Below, piece after piece: positions 46,331-55,882 of a DNA stretch of 64,000 nucleotides (position 1 is its first letter; each line of letters opens with the position of its first letter). The DNA is from a virus. The notes under the pieces are model-generated. The model made no database searches, was not told where the DNA came from, and was given only the letters and a program-made list of their open reading frames with translations. The position numbers and the translations under genes are program-made. The DNA lies in IMG/VR virus record IMGVR_UViG_3300033997_000077, positions 32,001-96,000 of that record; one strand, 5' to 3'.

Positions 46331-46340
46331 GAGTCTTACT

Positions 46341-46916
46341 ATGGAAACGTTACGTGCACAGGTTTACTTGATTCGCCACGAAGACACATCGCAGATAAAT
46401 GCGGTTCGTACCGCGCTGCGGGCATTCAGCAGCTGGGCCCCAATGTCGGGAACAACAGAAGAAACTGCCGTGTTTGCGGGAGTCGGGGCGGTGGAGATGT
46501 TTCAGGGCGTCAGCGCTCAAGTCAATCTGTATCCGGATCTGGAAATGGCAGGTGACGGCGAGTACCTGTACGACCGCAAGCCAGACGCGGTGAAAACACT
46601 GTCGCCTTACTACGCAGAGCTTTACGAACTGTCCGTGAACGCCGAGAAGGTTCCCAAGGAAGCGTCGATAGTCCTGCTGATTGGGGACAAGGTACTCAGC
46701 GAGTGTGACCGTGCTGACTTGAACGAGATCGCCAACACTGCACGGGACGGGGCGCGCGTGTTCGACGTAGAAGAGATTGCGCGCGAAGGTGAAGACGGCG
46801 TGCACGGTTTGGTAACCGCTATGGCTGCCGCTGCCGCTAACCTGCCGGATACCGATATGTGGAACGCATCCACCTACGCGAGCGAAGGCGTCAACATGAT
46901 CGTGTTCTCGGACTAA
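46341..46916 (+). CDS. Hypothetical protein
   Basis: 191 aa, last gene of the + strand block. Confidence 0.6.
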   Translation: METLRAQVYLIRHEDTSQINAVRTALRAFSSWAPMSGTTEETAVFAGVGAVEMFQGVSAQVNLYPDLEMAGDGEYLYDRKPDAVKTLSPYYAELYELSVNAEKVPKEASIVLLIGDKVLSECDRADLNEIANTARDGARVFDVEEIAREGEDGVHGLVTAMAAAAANLPDTDMWNASTYASEGVNMIVFSD

Positions 46917-46921
46917 ACGCA

Positions 46922-46957
46922 AAGAGGGGAGATCCAAGCTAATGGATCTCCCCTCTT
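46922..46957. terminator. Bidirectional terminator at strand switch
   Basis: AAGAGGGGAGATCCA-AGCTAA-TGGATCTCCCCTCTT. Confidence 0.85.
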
Positions 46958-47458
46958 CTACATTCCAGCCAAGATCGAGATAAGCAATAACGCGCGGGTT
47001 GCGTTGAGTTCCACGTTTCCCCACATTCGCTCGTCCTTTCTGGCTTCCTTCTCAACGTGTAACTCTGCACGTAGTCGATTCCCCTCTGCCTCTTCCGCCT
47101 TAGCCAATGCAAGCAGTCGGTTACGTTCCGCAATCGCGGCATTCGCAACTTCCACCGCAGAGTTCGCGGTGCTCGTCGCGTATCCGTCGTGCTTGTAGAG
47201 GTCTATCAGCTGAGCCATCCCCTCATTGCCAAGAGTCGGCACCCTTGAACCTTCAATCTCTCGAACCACCAACTTCGGCTTCACCGCTGGCTCCAACTTC
47301 GGAACCTGCACCTGCTTCATGTCGGGGATCTGCTCGATACTGGTACGTGGTTCGGGGCCTGCCTGCGGAACAGTGCTGCATGCACTCATGGCTACCGCGC
47401 AGAGTAGCACAACGCAGAACAGGATAACGCGCGCACTAAAGCCTGTCATAGTCTTCAA
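46958..47458 (-). CDS. Lipoprotein, putative o-spanin/u-spanin-like
   Basis: Signal peptide with lipobox AMSA-C, Pro-rich linker, coiled coil and hydrophobic C-terminus. Confidence 0.65.
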   Translation of the reverse strand: MKTMTGFSARVILFCVVLLCAVAMSACSTVPQAGPEPRTSIEQIPDMKQVQVPKLEPAVKPKLVVREIEGSRVPTLGNEGMAQLIDLYKHDGYATSTANSAVEVANAAIAERNRLLALAKAEEAEGNRLRAELHVEKEARKDERMWGNVELNATRALLLISILAGM

Positions 47459-47717
47459 GCATGGCCTCCATGTTTTTGTCCTTGGGGGTTTTGGCGGGTG
47501 GCTTCACCTCGTTGATTTCCTCAACCTTGGTGTTCACCACGTCGGTTTCCTTGGCTTGCGCTTCCACCATAGGGGCTTTGCCTGCGGGCTCTGCGACGTC
47601 TCCGGCGCTCTGCGCTTGCTTGCGTGAGCGCAGAGCATTGGCCCCGAACATCACGGCAGCCAGTAGACCGAGCAACCCCAGCAGCCAGCTACCGCACGCT
47701 TTCAGTTTTTCCAGCAT
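47436..47717 (-). CDS. Putative i-spanin (N-terminal TM)
   Basis: ATG 47717 after GGAGG; single TM then a hydrophilic tail; overlaps the lipoprotein gene. Confidence 0.55.
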   Translation of the reverse strand: MLEKLKACGSWLLGLLGLLAAVMFGANALRSRKQAQSAGDVAEPAGKAPMVEAQAKETDVVNTKVEEINEVKPPAKTPKDKNMEAMLEDYDRL

Positions 47718-48012
47718 TTGGATCACCTCCCTGAGTCGCCACGTAACGATTGATGAATGCTTCGGCCACGAACCCCGCGCCGAAATACGTCATAAACTCG
47801 TTGTCGCCAGTCAAGAGTGAGTTCAGTACCACGGCAAAGCTGACGAGGATACTGGCAACACTGTTGAGGGGCTTGCTTGCCCAGTATTGCTTGGCCGTCA
47901 CGCCTTCACGCTGAAGTTTCATTCCCCAATGCGTTGCGATGCCCGCAATCCAGTAGAGAATGTAAATGCTTTGCTCTACAGTGAACGTTGCGAAAAGCTC
48001 CGAGAATTTCAT
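47689..48012 (-). CDS. Putative holin
   Basis: 107 aa with about 3 hydrophobic segments, adjacent to the spanin-like pair. Confidence 0.6.
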   Translation of the reverse strand: MKFSELFATFTVEQSIYILYWIAGIATHWGMKLQREGVTAKQYWASKPLNSVASILVSFAVVLNSLLTGDNEFMTYFGAGFVAEAFINRYVATQGGDPNAGKTESVR

Positions 48013-48019
48013 ATGTCTC

Positions 48020-48490
48020 CTATGCGGCGATAAAGCTCACTCCATCTAGCGACGTGCCTGCCGACTTGAATAGCGTGGCTTGAACTTGGCCGTTTGTGTT
48101 GATGGTCGCATACCCTATGGCATTCCCCGATGTCCATATCGGGCACACAATCTTGCGCGCTGGCCGGAAGCCGACGGGTAGCGTGGTAACCACTGTCGTT
48201 GACGTGGTGGAACCGTTGCGGATCAATCCTTCAATCATAACAACGTTGCCGGATCGTATTACACGGGCAGGGAACGCGGAATCCGTGTTAACCCAGTTGT
48301 TGCCCAGCACCAATGTCGCGGTTTGCACCCCGAGCACTTGCTTATTGTCGAACACCAGATTCCCATTCACGTCTACGGCGAACTTGCCGAGAAGATCGAG
48401 ATTCTGGTGTTCGTGGTTGAACAGCGGCTCTTCCTCGCCCTGCGTGTTAAGGACGCGAGCGAGGATCAAGACGAGTCCGGATGCCTTCAT
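48020..48490 (-). CDS. Tail-fibre-associated beta protein
   Basis: R.GNVV.I.G....G......TLP.GFRP motif typical of fibre C-terminal domains. Confidence 0.6.
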   Translation of the reverse strand: MKASGLVLILARVLNTQGEEEPLFNHEHQNLDLLGKFAVDVNGNLVFDNKQVLGVQTATLVLGNNWVNTDSAFPARVIRSGNVVMIEGLIRNGSTTSTTVVTTLPVGFRPARKIVCPIWTSGNAIGYATINTNGQVQATLFKSAGTSLDGVSFIAA

Positions 48491-48744
48491 CAGTCAACCA
48501 TGTCGTGCTTGTCTTTGTACTCGGCCCAAGCGATCTCAAGTTCAGAGAAGAACTTCTTGATGGCACTGGGGTCTCCGAGTTCGAAGGGGTGATTCACCTT
48601 GTTCTCTGCGCACTTGTTGCGGAACAACTTATCATAGGCCAGCTGCTTTGGAGACTGCTGCTGGTCTTCTGACACGCTCTGCATCATCTGTGCACACACG
48701 GCACGTAGGCCGACTGACTGGTTGCGCTTTGCTACTTGCATCAC
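48490..48744 (-). CDS. Small helical protein
   Basis: GGAG RBS; Y...F...C...V.HP.EL.....KKFF.E...W; also contains QSVSE. Confidence 0.6.
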   Translation of the reverse strand: MMQVAKRNQSVGLRAVCAQMMQSVSEDQQQSPKQLAYDKLFRNKCAENKVNHPFELGDPSAIKKFFSELEIAWAEYKDKHDMVD

Positions 48745-48769
48745 TTGTCTCCCTATTAGTGGACACCCT

Positions 48770-48775
48770 AAATTA
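48770..48775 (-). promoter_or_regulatory. TAATTT candidate late promoter (minus strand)
   Basis: Intergenic, upstream of the small-protein/fibre/lysis genes. Confidence 0.45.
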
Positions 48776-48781
48776 CGTCAA

Positions 48782-49258
48782 TCAGACGTAAACGAGGAAA
48801 CGACACTCAGTGACCCAACGATAACCGTAGGGATCCCAGCTGTTGCGTCCGATAACGCGAACCTTGCCCGTCGGGTTCGGCATCGGGTCGTCGCGGAAGT
48901 CGAATTCCTGATACGTCGGGCCGCCAATGAACGGCGTTGAACTCGTCAGAGTTTTGAAGAACACCCACTTCGCGCCATCGTAGTAATAGAGGTCGAGGAA
49001 CTTCACTTTCTTGCCGTAGCCGTAAGTGTCGTTAGGGAACCAGTACCCAAGACCGCTTAGCGGAACTCCGTTGAACCGTGAGTGCAGTTGGCCTTGGCCG
49101 TCCCAGTCGCGCTTTTGGTTGAAGCACCCGACCGTCGCGTCGCTGTAAGTGAAGTTGTTGTCGAACACTGCACGGTCACCGCCAATCCAACTGTATTCAG
49201 TGATCGGGGTTAGTGCTGGGAGTCGCAAGTTGCCTTGCGTGCAAACATTCATGTGCAT
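48782..49258 (-). CDS. Discoidin/F5-8C-like protein, paralog family A
   Basis: FDNN...L.YYDG..WV...PMPNPTG.VRVIGRNSWD.YGYRWV.EC.F. Confidence 0.65.
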   Translation of the reverse strand: MHMNVCTQGNLRLPALTPITEYSWIGGDRAVFDNNFTYSDATVGCFNQKRDWDGQGQLHSRFNGVPLSGLGYWFPNDTYGYGKKVKFLDLYYYDGAKWVFFKTLTSSTPFIGGPTYQEFDFRDDPMPNPTGKVRVIGRNSWDPYGYRWVTECRFLVYV

Positions 49259-49260
49259 GA

Positions 49261-49749
49261 TTACCACCACTCGTAATATTGAGGCGGAGTGCCGCCACGG
49301 TTACCGATGTCAAACAGTACGGTGCCTCTTCCGACGCCGTAGAAGTCAGGCACGCCGAAGATTGTCCCAGTGTAACGAACCACTCCGTCAATGGTGTAGC
49401 GGCAGTAGCCGTTGGTCATGTATTCGCACTGGACAAGGTGCCAGCCAGCCGGATACCAAGTGGAGAACGCGTTGCCTGCGCCCCACACTGCAATCTGAGT
49501 TTCGAACGGGAAGTAGACACGGAAGCAAAGATTGCGCCCCTTGGCAGCCCGACTGTATAGCATTCGATACGCGAGATACTGGTGCACCAAAATCTCTAGC
49601 TTCGTGTCGCTCTCTGACAAACGGAAGTCTACATTTTCCACCGCGCTCGGGCGGCTCCCACCGCCGGAGCCCTTGACTATCCACGCGCGATCCACTGCTT
49701 TGTTGATTGAGGGCTGCGTCGCCCCCAGCGATGGAACATTCAATAGCAT
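49261..49749 (-). CDS. SPRY/ConA-like protein, paralog family B
   Basis: CEY....YTIDGV..Y.G...FDIG..GG.PP..YEWW. Confidence 0.6.
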   Translation of the reverse strand: MLLNVPSLGATQPSINKAVDRAWIVKGSGGGSRPSAVENVDFRLSESDTKLEILVHQYLAYRMLYSRAAKGRNLCFRVYFPFETQIAVWGAGNAFSTWYPAGWHLVQCEYMTNGYCRYTIDGVVRYTGTIFGVPDFYGVGRGTVLFDIGNRGGTPPQYYEWW

Positions 49750-49758
49750 ATTACCCCC

Positions 49759-50277
49759 TCATTCCAGTACGCTGAACTGGCATTCACTGACCCAGCGGTA
49801 GCCGTACTGATCCCAACTGTTACGACCAATGATGCGCACAAGCCCAGTCGGGTTCGGCATCGGATTGGTGAACAAGTCGAAGTCTTCGTAAGTGGGCCAC
49901 GGAGCAGTCGGGTACTTGGTGTTCAGCGTGACGTGGTGAACCCACGTGCTGCCGTTGTAGTACCAGAGTTCAAGCGTCTTCACCTTCTTGTATTCGTTAG
50001 GGTTCCAGTTCACATAGTGATAGCGCAATCGCAAGATCGGCTTCCCCTTATGCTGTGCCGGAACATAGCCCCACGCATCCCAGTCGGCTTTCTCGTTGTA
50101 CCACGATCCAGTGTTGTTGTCGAACGCCGCAGTGACTCCCCCAAGTCCAGTCATAGGAACAGCGAACACCAGCTTCGGCGGAATCAGCGACTCCGTTACT
50201 TGCACCGATGCCTCGGCGACTTCCAGCTTGTGTTGTAGGTCAAGCGCTTTACCGTGCGCTCGGTCGAGAGTCAGCAT
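49759..50277 (-). CDS. Discoidin-like protein, paralog family A
   Basis: C-terminal half is closely similar to 48782..49258. Confidence 0.65.
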   Translation of the reverse strand: MLTLDRAHGKALDLQHKLEVAEASVQVTESLIPPKLVFAVPMTGLGGVTAAFDNNTGSWYNEKADWDAWGYVPAQHKGKPILRLRYHYVNWNPNEYKKVKTLELWYYNGSTWVHHVTLNTKYPTAPWPTYEDFDLFTNPMPNPTGLVRIIGRNSWDQYGYRWVSECQFSVLE

Positions 50278-50286
50278 AGCGCCTCC

Positions 50287-50784
50287 TTAATACCATGCGA
50301 ACCCAACAGGCAGCGGCGAATTATATTGCCCGACGTCGAATTCCATCTCTGACACATCAGAGTGACCGTAGAATGACAGGTTCTTTGCAGTCCCCTGATA
50401 TAGTCCCGTGCCGTTGACCGTGTATCTGTAGGTCTCGCCTGCTACGTGCTCGATGCGGACTTCATGCCACACGTTGCCCGCCAGCGTACCGAGCGTCCAA
50501 GCCAGCTGGTTGTTTGCGCTCACCAGCCCGTTCGAAATCAAAATGGTTGAGTAGTTGCCGCTGTTGTTGAACTTGACGCGCATGAAAAACTTGCCCGGAC
50601 GAGGCTTGCTCAACATTTCGCATGATCGGCTATCAATTGGGGCTCCGCCAATTTTACGCAGCAGCGTCCCATCTTTCTCGATGGTGTATTGCGTCGGGGC
50701 CGCGAGTTTGAAGTTCGCTTGCACTGTGTTCGGGTCGATGACCGTCAGTTGTCTCGGAATATGATTTTGAAGTGTAAGAAGCAT
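50287..50784 (-). CDS. Paralog family B protein
   Basis: YTVNG..Y.G...FDVGQ...LP.GF.WY; start ATG 50784. Confidence 0.6.
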   Translation of the reverse strand: MLLTLQNHIPRQLTVIDPNTVQANFKLAAPTQYTIEKDGTLLRKIGGAPIDSRSCEMLSKPRPGKFFMRVKFNNSGNYSTILISNGLVSANNQLAWTLGTLAGNVWHEVRIEHVAGETYRYTVNGTGLYQGTAKNLSFYGHSDVSEMEFDVGQYNSPLPVGFAWY

Positions 50785-50785
50785 A

Positions 50786-51259
50786 TCACCACCACTCATG
50801 TCCGGCAGGCAGAACCCCACCGCGTCCGCCCGTGTCGATCAGATAAGTGCCCGACGGAGCGTTACAGTAGATTCCGACTGTGGAGCGAAGCGCTCCGCTG
50901 TATTTAAGCACACCGTTGATGGTGTACTTGTTCTTGTTGTCTGCTGTGTACTCGCACACAATAGTAACCCACCCAGTGAACCACTGCGCCCACACCGCAG
51001 TGTTGCCGTTCCATAGAGAAAGTTCGGTGCTGACTGGGAGGTACACCCGATAGAACAGCTTACCGTTGCGAATACGCGGCGGTGCATTCATGCCTATCGG
51101 CATTGTTCGGAGCATCTGGACTTTGGTGGCGTTCTCGCTAATGATCGTGTCGACGCCCTCAACAGTAGGGATCCACGTATTCCCAACCATCTTGCGGACG
51201 TTGATAACTCCCTCGCCGAACGGGTAGCCCGCACCGAGCCCCAAAATCTGAAGCATCAT
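50786..51259 (-). CDS. Paralog family B protein
   Basis: RVY.P..TE...W...CEY....YTINGV..Y.G...DTG.RGG.LP...EWW. Confidence 0.6.
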   Translation of the reverse strand: MMLQILGLGAGYPFGEGVINVRKMVGNTWIPTVEGVDTIISENATKVQMLRTMPIGMNAPPRIRNGKLFYRVYLPVSTELSLWNGNTAVWAQWFTGWVTIVCEYTADNKNKYTINGVLKYSGALRSTVGIYCNAPSGTYLIDTGGRGGVLPAGHEWW

Positions 51260-51281
51260 ATAACCCCCCAGAGTAGATCTG

Positions 51282-51305
51282 AAAACGGGGGCACTTGGCC
51301 CCCCG
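51282..51305 (-). terminator. Intrinsic terminator
   Basis: Minus strand GGGGGC-CAAGT-GCCCCC-G-TTTT. Confidence 0.7.
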
Positions 51306-51320
51306 AGATCGTCCGCTATC

Positions 51321-51869
51321 TTACGCTGACAGTTGTTGACCCATCAGGGTAGCCGCAACGTAGGACAGAGTTGCGTCCGCAGTGGCCGGAGAACTGATCG
51401 TCAGCTTGTCACCAGCTACGCACAGCAGATCGGCGGCGGGGCCAGTGAATGTGCCGACCAGCTGCCCAGCGGCAAAGTTGATGGTTCCGATCTGGTTACC
51501 GTTCAACTTAACCACGAACGCGGCAGCAGCGGTTGCCGCAACGTCGCACGCAGCTTTACTGCCGCCGAAGCTCTTGGGGATGATGGTCGGACGAACCAGC
51601 ACAACCATTGCCACAGTCTTGTTCGCTTCGGGTTTGCCAGCGATAGACATACCGACATCGTAGGGGTAGGAAACAGTTTCCTTGCGCACCCACTGGGTAG
51701 TGCGTTCGTTGTACGCGTAGATGCCGACCGGAGTTGCACCGCCCTCAATGATCTCGAAGATGTCGAGGTGCTTGGGGTTTGCAGGGAACGCGGTGCCGCG
51801 CTTGCTGTTGTCGAGCGGAGCAGTTTCGATCTTGCTGCCTTCCGGCAGAGTAAGGCCAAATGCTTTCAT
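51321..51869 (-). CDS. Fibre/virion structural protein
   Basis: GTAFP..P motif, YDVG, and a beta-sandwich IGTI.FAAG...AGD.L. Confidence 0.6.
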   Translation of the reverse strand: MKAFGLTLPEGSKIETAPLDNSKRGTAFPANPKHLDIFEIIEGGATPVGIYAYNERTTQWVRKETVSYPYDVGMSIAGKPEANKTVAMVVLVRPTIIPKSFGGSKAACDVAATAAAAFVVKLNGNQIGTINFAAGQLVGTFTGPAADLLCVAGDKLTISSPATADATLSYVAATLMGQQLSA

Positions 51870-51886
51870 CTGTATTTCCTCTTAGG

Positions 51887-52384
51887 TTAAATCCCACCAG
51901 CAAAGTTGATGGTGATGTCGTTGGGTTTCCACTCACTCCCTTTCGGAATGAAGCCACCCTGAATTTTCATGTCGGCATTGCTGTTCTCGTCGCCGACAGT
52001 GAAATACACTGCACGCCTTCCAGTGAAGTCGTCGGAGTTAGTCGCGCAATCAAAGTGCACGATACCCCAAGTAGGTGCGTCGTCGAGTAGGCTGACGCAT
52101 TTGACTTGGGTCTGCGATAACTTCAGCCAAACTTTTTCGTCCGTGATGTCAACCGCACCAGCACCCGCGTACTGACGCAGCACGATCTTGCCTCCAAGCG
52201 AAGACAATACTCCGTTGAGGAAGGACACGTCGCTGCGGTAGCGCTGATACGCGCCGTATACCATCTCCCGCAGCTTTTCGCTGGTAGGGCGCGTGCCGCT
52301 GAATAGGACGATACCCCAGAACGAGTTGGTTCTGCTGCGATCCATCAGCATCTCATAGACCAGCATTGAATTAGTCGTGAGCAC
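51887..52384 (-). CDS. Virion structural protein
   Basis: GTG 52384 after GGAGG; LFSG..P...PTW......FTVG....AD. Confidence 0.55.
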   Translation of the reverse strand: MLTTNSMLVYEMLMDRSRTNSFWGIVLFSGTRPTSEKLREMVYGAYQRYRSDVSFLNGVLSSLGGKIVLRQYAGAGAVDITDEKVWLKLSQTQVKCVSLLDDAPTWGIVHFDCATNSDDFTGRRAVYFTVGDENSNADMKIQGGFIPKGSEWKPNDITINFAGGI

Positions 52385-52385
52385 G

Positions 52386-53411
52386 TTACACCTCCACCAT
52401 GTTGCGCGGCTGAACATAGAATCCAGTTACTGTAGGCGTGTCGTCTGAGGTAAGGCCCGCAACCTTACTCAAAATTACTTCCTCTGACCCGCCGGGCCCG
52501 CCCACGGTGAACGCGAACAGTGGGATGCGTGACTTGGCGGAAATCACACCGTCCGTTACCAAAGTCTGCAACGATGCAATGCTATTTCCGGTAGGTCGTG
52601 ATCCGGTCGGGATCAGCAGGCCCCACTTCACGTCAGGGTGATTACGCTGAATCATTGGAGAGGCGGCGTAGAATGCAAAGCTGCAAGACGATTCGGTGAT
52701 AGCCCCAAGCGCGCCAGTACCGAGTCGCAGACGCAGCTTCGTGGTAGTCGCACTGAAAGGTACAAACCCAGCTGTAGTCGCGCGCTGGGCAACACACTGC
52801 ACCCAAGCAGCACCGTCCCAATAATCAACCGCGATGTTCTTGGTACTCGCCATCGACCACTGATCGATACTCATACCAGTCAAGGTCTGCGGAGAGTTGA
52901 AACCGACCACGATATGCGCAGTGGGATTCAACTCTGGCACTTGGTGCGGGCTCAACCACGTCGCGTCCGTGTACGTCCCATTGACGCTACCTGAGTTAGG
53001 TAGTCGGCAAAGCATCTGGGCGACAAATAGACTGAACCAGCCGCACTCGATGCGATTACCAGAGGCGTCTTGGATCTCAATGGTGTCTGGAACCAAACGT
53101 ACTGCGCTGCCTGAAGCGGCGAACGTGTGGCCTGATAGAGCAACGCGCAGCGGCCCGCCCTTCATCTGACCGATAGTTGATACCGCGTTGAAGAAGGTAG
53201 TCCACTCGGATCCAGCGCCGTTGTAGTTCGCGCGAGTCCCAGTAACGTAGGTGACCCCGACGCTCTTGTTCCACATGTCGCAGAAGTCTTTGAGGTTTAC
53301 CTTTGCCGCCAATTCTGCGTGCGTAGTTGGTGGCGTACCGTCCATCAGCAACAGCATGTAGGTCTGGTTTGCTGACGACAGGTTCAGGCCAAGCTCTTTC
53401 ATTAGTTCCAT
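52386..53411 (-). CDS. Virion structural protein with discoidin-like insert
   Basis: LM.G.PP ... V.YWDG..WV ... WGLL ... FTVG; shares its frame with neighbouring genes. Confidence 0.55.
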   Translation of the reverse strand: MELMKELGLNLSSANQTYMLLLMDGTPPTTHAELAAKVNLKDFCDMWNKSVGVTYVTGTRANYNGAGSEWTTFFNAVSTIGQMKGGPLRVALSGHTFAASGSAVRLVPDTIEIQDASGNRIECGWFSLFVAQMLCRLPNSGSVNGTYTDATWLSPHQVPELNPTAHIVVGFNSPQTLTGMSIDQWSMASTKNIAVDYWDGAAWVQCVAQRATTAGFVPFSATTTKLRLRLGTGALGAITESSCSFAFYAASPMIQRNHPDVKWGLLIPTGSRPTGNSIASLQTLVTDGVISAKSRIPLFAFTVGGPGGSEEVILSKVAGLTSDDTPTVTGFYVQPRNMVEV

Positions 53412-53423
53412 ACTTGTGTCCTG

Positions 53424-54062
53424 TTACCGTAAAATTTCTGGGAAGGAAGACAGGTTATCGCTAGTGGCGCTCGACGTCTGAACCACACCAACTACTGACG
53501 GCTGCCCCTGAAGCGTACCGACTGAAGGTGCACTCACTTGAAGCGAGAACACCTGCGGCTTGTTGATCAGATTCTTCTGCACGTCTCCGACTTGCTGGCC
53601 GGGTACGCCTGAGAGTTCAAGTTTCGCCTCGAACGCTTTGTCTTCCGCGCTAACCGTGTTGCGTGACAGCTTGGCTTCCGCACCTGATAGCCCAGCACTG
53701 CACTGGTAGCAGCGAACGACTTTGGCCGCTGCTGTGCTTCCATCAAGCAACGCCAGCACCACGTAAGTGACAGTGCCGCTTTTCACTGGGGAGTACACGC
53801 ACTTGCTCGGGACAGAGAACGCGGGCACATACTTCTGGCCGTAGGCCGACGTCTGGCTGCGCATCATGCGAAAGCCGAACGCACTGACATCGGAGTTAGG
53901 CACCGCTGTTGCCAACGTGGAGCCCAATGCTCGCAAGTCAGCGACGGTTTTCCCCGTTAGGTTCCCAAGCGCCGCTGCTGACATCGGCCCTGAAGAGAGT
54001 ACGACGCACAGTCGGTAGCCTGCGGGAACCGTGAACTTGTTGAACATGTAATCTGCGATCAT
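53424..54062 (-). CDS. Virion structural protein
   Basis: VLSSG ... SGTVTY ... SAG..GAE.KL; same family-like pattern as neighbours. Confidence 0.5.
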   Translation of the reverse strand: MIADYMFNKFTVPAGYRLCVVLSSGPMSAAALGNLTGKTVADLRALGSTLATAVPNSDVSAFGFRMMRSQTSAYGQKYVPAFSVPSKCVYSPVKSGTVTYVVLALLDGSTAAAKVVRCYQCSAGLSGAEAKLSRNTVSAEDKAFEAKLELSGVPGQQVGDVQKNLINKPQVFSLQVSAPSVGTLQGQPSVVGVVQTSSATSDNLSSFPEILR

Positions 54063-54068
54063 ATGCCC

Positions 54069-54794
54069 TCACACAAAGTTTGGAGTGACGAGCAGCGTAG
54101 TGATCGAAACCCCGTAGGCAATCGTAAGGCTCGGCAGTTGAATCGAGTTACCGCCCCACGGATCCAGCAGCACGCCGAATGAAGGAATGGCCGCCGATTG
54201 CAGGGTCGCGGCGTTGGGCAGCCAGTTGCACATGAGGCAACCACCGTCCTCTATGCGCAACGTGATTGCCAAGTTCGTGACTGTCTTGTTCACCGCGATA
54301 TTCAGCGGAGTTGCGGACGGCACGAAACTTACCTCCGCAATAGTCGCACCGTCCGCAACAACCTTGTAGGTCGCGCCGCTCGGGTAAGCTCCCGTATCAG
54401 GATCCGGCAGCAGATTCGGAGTCAACGTTGTGATTGCTTGCCCGCCAGTGTACGTCATGTTCAACGTCATTGACTTGTGGCCTCGCATCAGCCCGCCGCT
54501 GAACAGCATGGCAACAGGCATCGAGTCAATGACGCCGGTATTGTAGCCACTCACTGTATTCTGCGTTGCACTGAACGCGGTAGGCATTGGCGGAAGTGCC
54601 TTGATCGTACCGAACTTGATTGAGCAAAGTTGGGTCAGTGCATCTTCCGGTGCCTTCGTGGTGCCAACGCATTTGTGCGTAGACTTCAGCATCTCCGCTG
54701 CGCTGGTCGACGTGCACCCGAGAAAGAGATCCACACTGCGCTCAACGTCAAACGCTTTGCTCCATGAGATGGGGTTTCCACTCAGAATAGGCAT
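54069..54794 (-). CDS. Virion structural protein
   Basis: AAGGAG RBS, beta-rich. Confidence 0.5.
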   Translation of the reverse strand: MPILSGNPISWSKAFDVERSVDLFLGCTSTSAAEMLKSTHKCVGTTKAPEDALTQLCSIKFGTIKALPPMPTAFSATQNTVSGYNTGVIDSMPVAMLFSGGLMRGHKSMTLNMTYTGGQAITTLTPNLLPDPDTGAYPSGATYKVVADGATIAEVSFVPSATPLNIAVNKTVTNLAITLRIEDGGCLMCNWLPNAATLQSAAIPSFGVLLDPWGGNSIQLPSLTIAYGVSITTLLVTPNFV

Positions 54795-54803
54795 TGTCTC
54801 TCC

Positions 54804-55394
54804 TTACACCCATACCCAACCAGCAGGCGGCGGAGTACCGTCGCGTCCGAAGTCGAGTTGGAATTGTTGATACGCACGGCGCGTCACACAATCGAACGTA
54901 ACGGGCCCGCCCGGATAACCAGCGTAACTGTCGCTTCCGTACTGCGCCCACCAACGAAGGTAACCGTTCGCCGCGTAGTCGAAGTACATCCACTGCCATC
55001 CCCACCCGTCAACGGCGTCGCCGTATTTGAGCTGCGGTCTGTTACCCTCGGAGATGAAGCGCCGTAGGATGAACGCGTTATCACTATGGTCACCGCCACC
55101 GCCACACCACACACGAATAACTTTCTTCTCGCCGGGACGAATCAGTCGGCTGAAATTGAGCGGCGCGTAGAACAGCGAGAGGTTTGGGCGTCCCTTCAGG
55201 CTCTGAATCTTGTCGATACCGAGCACATTAAACAGCTGCCCTTCAGCGCCGGGCGTTCCGTCTGCGTTGATCCAGTTGAGCTGGAATCCAGACTCCGGAA
55301 TCAGCGAGTTCGTCACCACACGATTCGTTGCAGGCACTGTCAGTTTGTGGCTGACGTCCAGAGGATTTTCGTGCGCTGGGTCGTAGATGATCAT
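54804..55394 (-). CDS. Paralog family B-like protein
   Basis: ATG 55394 after GGAGG; ends LDFGRDG.PPP.GWVWV. Confidence 0.55.
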   Translation of the reverse strand: MIIYDPAHENPLDVSHKLTVPATNRVVTNSLIPESGFQLNWINADGTPGAEGQLFNVLGIDKIQSLKGRPNLSLFYAPLNFSRLIRPGEKKVIRVWCGGGGDHSDNAFILRRFISEGNRPQLKYGDAVDGWGWQWMYFDYAANGYLRWWAQYGSDSYAGYPGGPVTFDCVTRRAYQQFQLDFGRDGTPPPAGWVWV

Positions 55395-55402
55395 GGCACC
55401 TC

Positions 55403-55864
55403 CTAGTAGCCAACCACGAATTGAAACTCCATCCAGTGTGTGCTGGTTGACCCGCCCCACGTGTTAACGCCCACGATGCGGATACGTCGTTTGCTGTTTA
55501 CGAGAATCGGTGCAAGCGGGTTGTTATCAAGTTGGACAAGCGAGTTGTATTCGCCAAAGGGGAAGCGCACAGTGGCGTGAGCACGCCAGATGTTGTCATC
55601 GCCAAGAACTTCGATGCGCGCATCCTTTATGGCTTGGCTCTTAACTTGGCTGTTGTGGTTCTGCCGGATATAGCGGACACCAACAACTTTCCACCCAGCG
55701 TACTTGGCGTTCAGTGTGGCATCGCCATAAGCGAGACCGGAAGAAGTAATATTGCCGAGAGTTCCGTCAAACATTCCGTTCGCCGGATTCTGCGCTGCGT
55801 GCGCAGTTGCGATTTCAGAGTACGTGAACAGCGGAGCAGCAAAATTGATTACGTTAAGCATCAT
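55403..55864 (-). CDS. Discoidin-like protein, distant family A
   Basis: ATG 55864 after GAGG; FDG...IEV..D..W...IRIVG.N.WG...W.E.QF. Confidence 0.6.
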   Translation of the reverse strand: MMLNVINFAAPLFTYSEIATAHAAQNPANGMFDGTLGNITSSGLAYGDATLNAKYAGWKVVGVRYIRQNHNSQVKSQAIKDARIEVLGDDNIWRAHATVRFPFGEYNSLVQLDNNPLAPILVNSKRRIRIVGVNTWGGSTSTHWMEFQFVVGY

Positions 55865-55882
55865 GGTACATGTCCTCAGAAG

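Noticed and set aside
48782-50277. Possible diversity-generating retroelement TR/VR pair between the two family A genes
   Set aside because: Differences are mostly synonymous and not adenine-specific, both copies are intact genes, and no reverse transcriptase is in the window.
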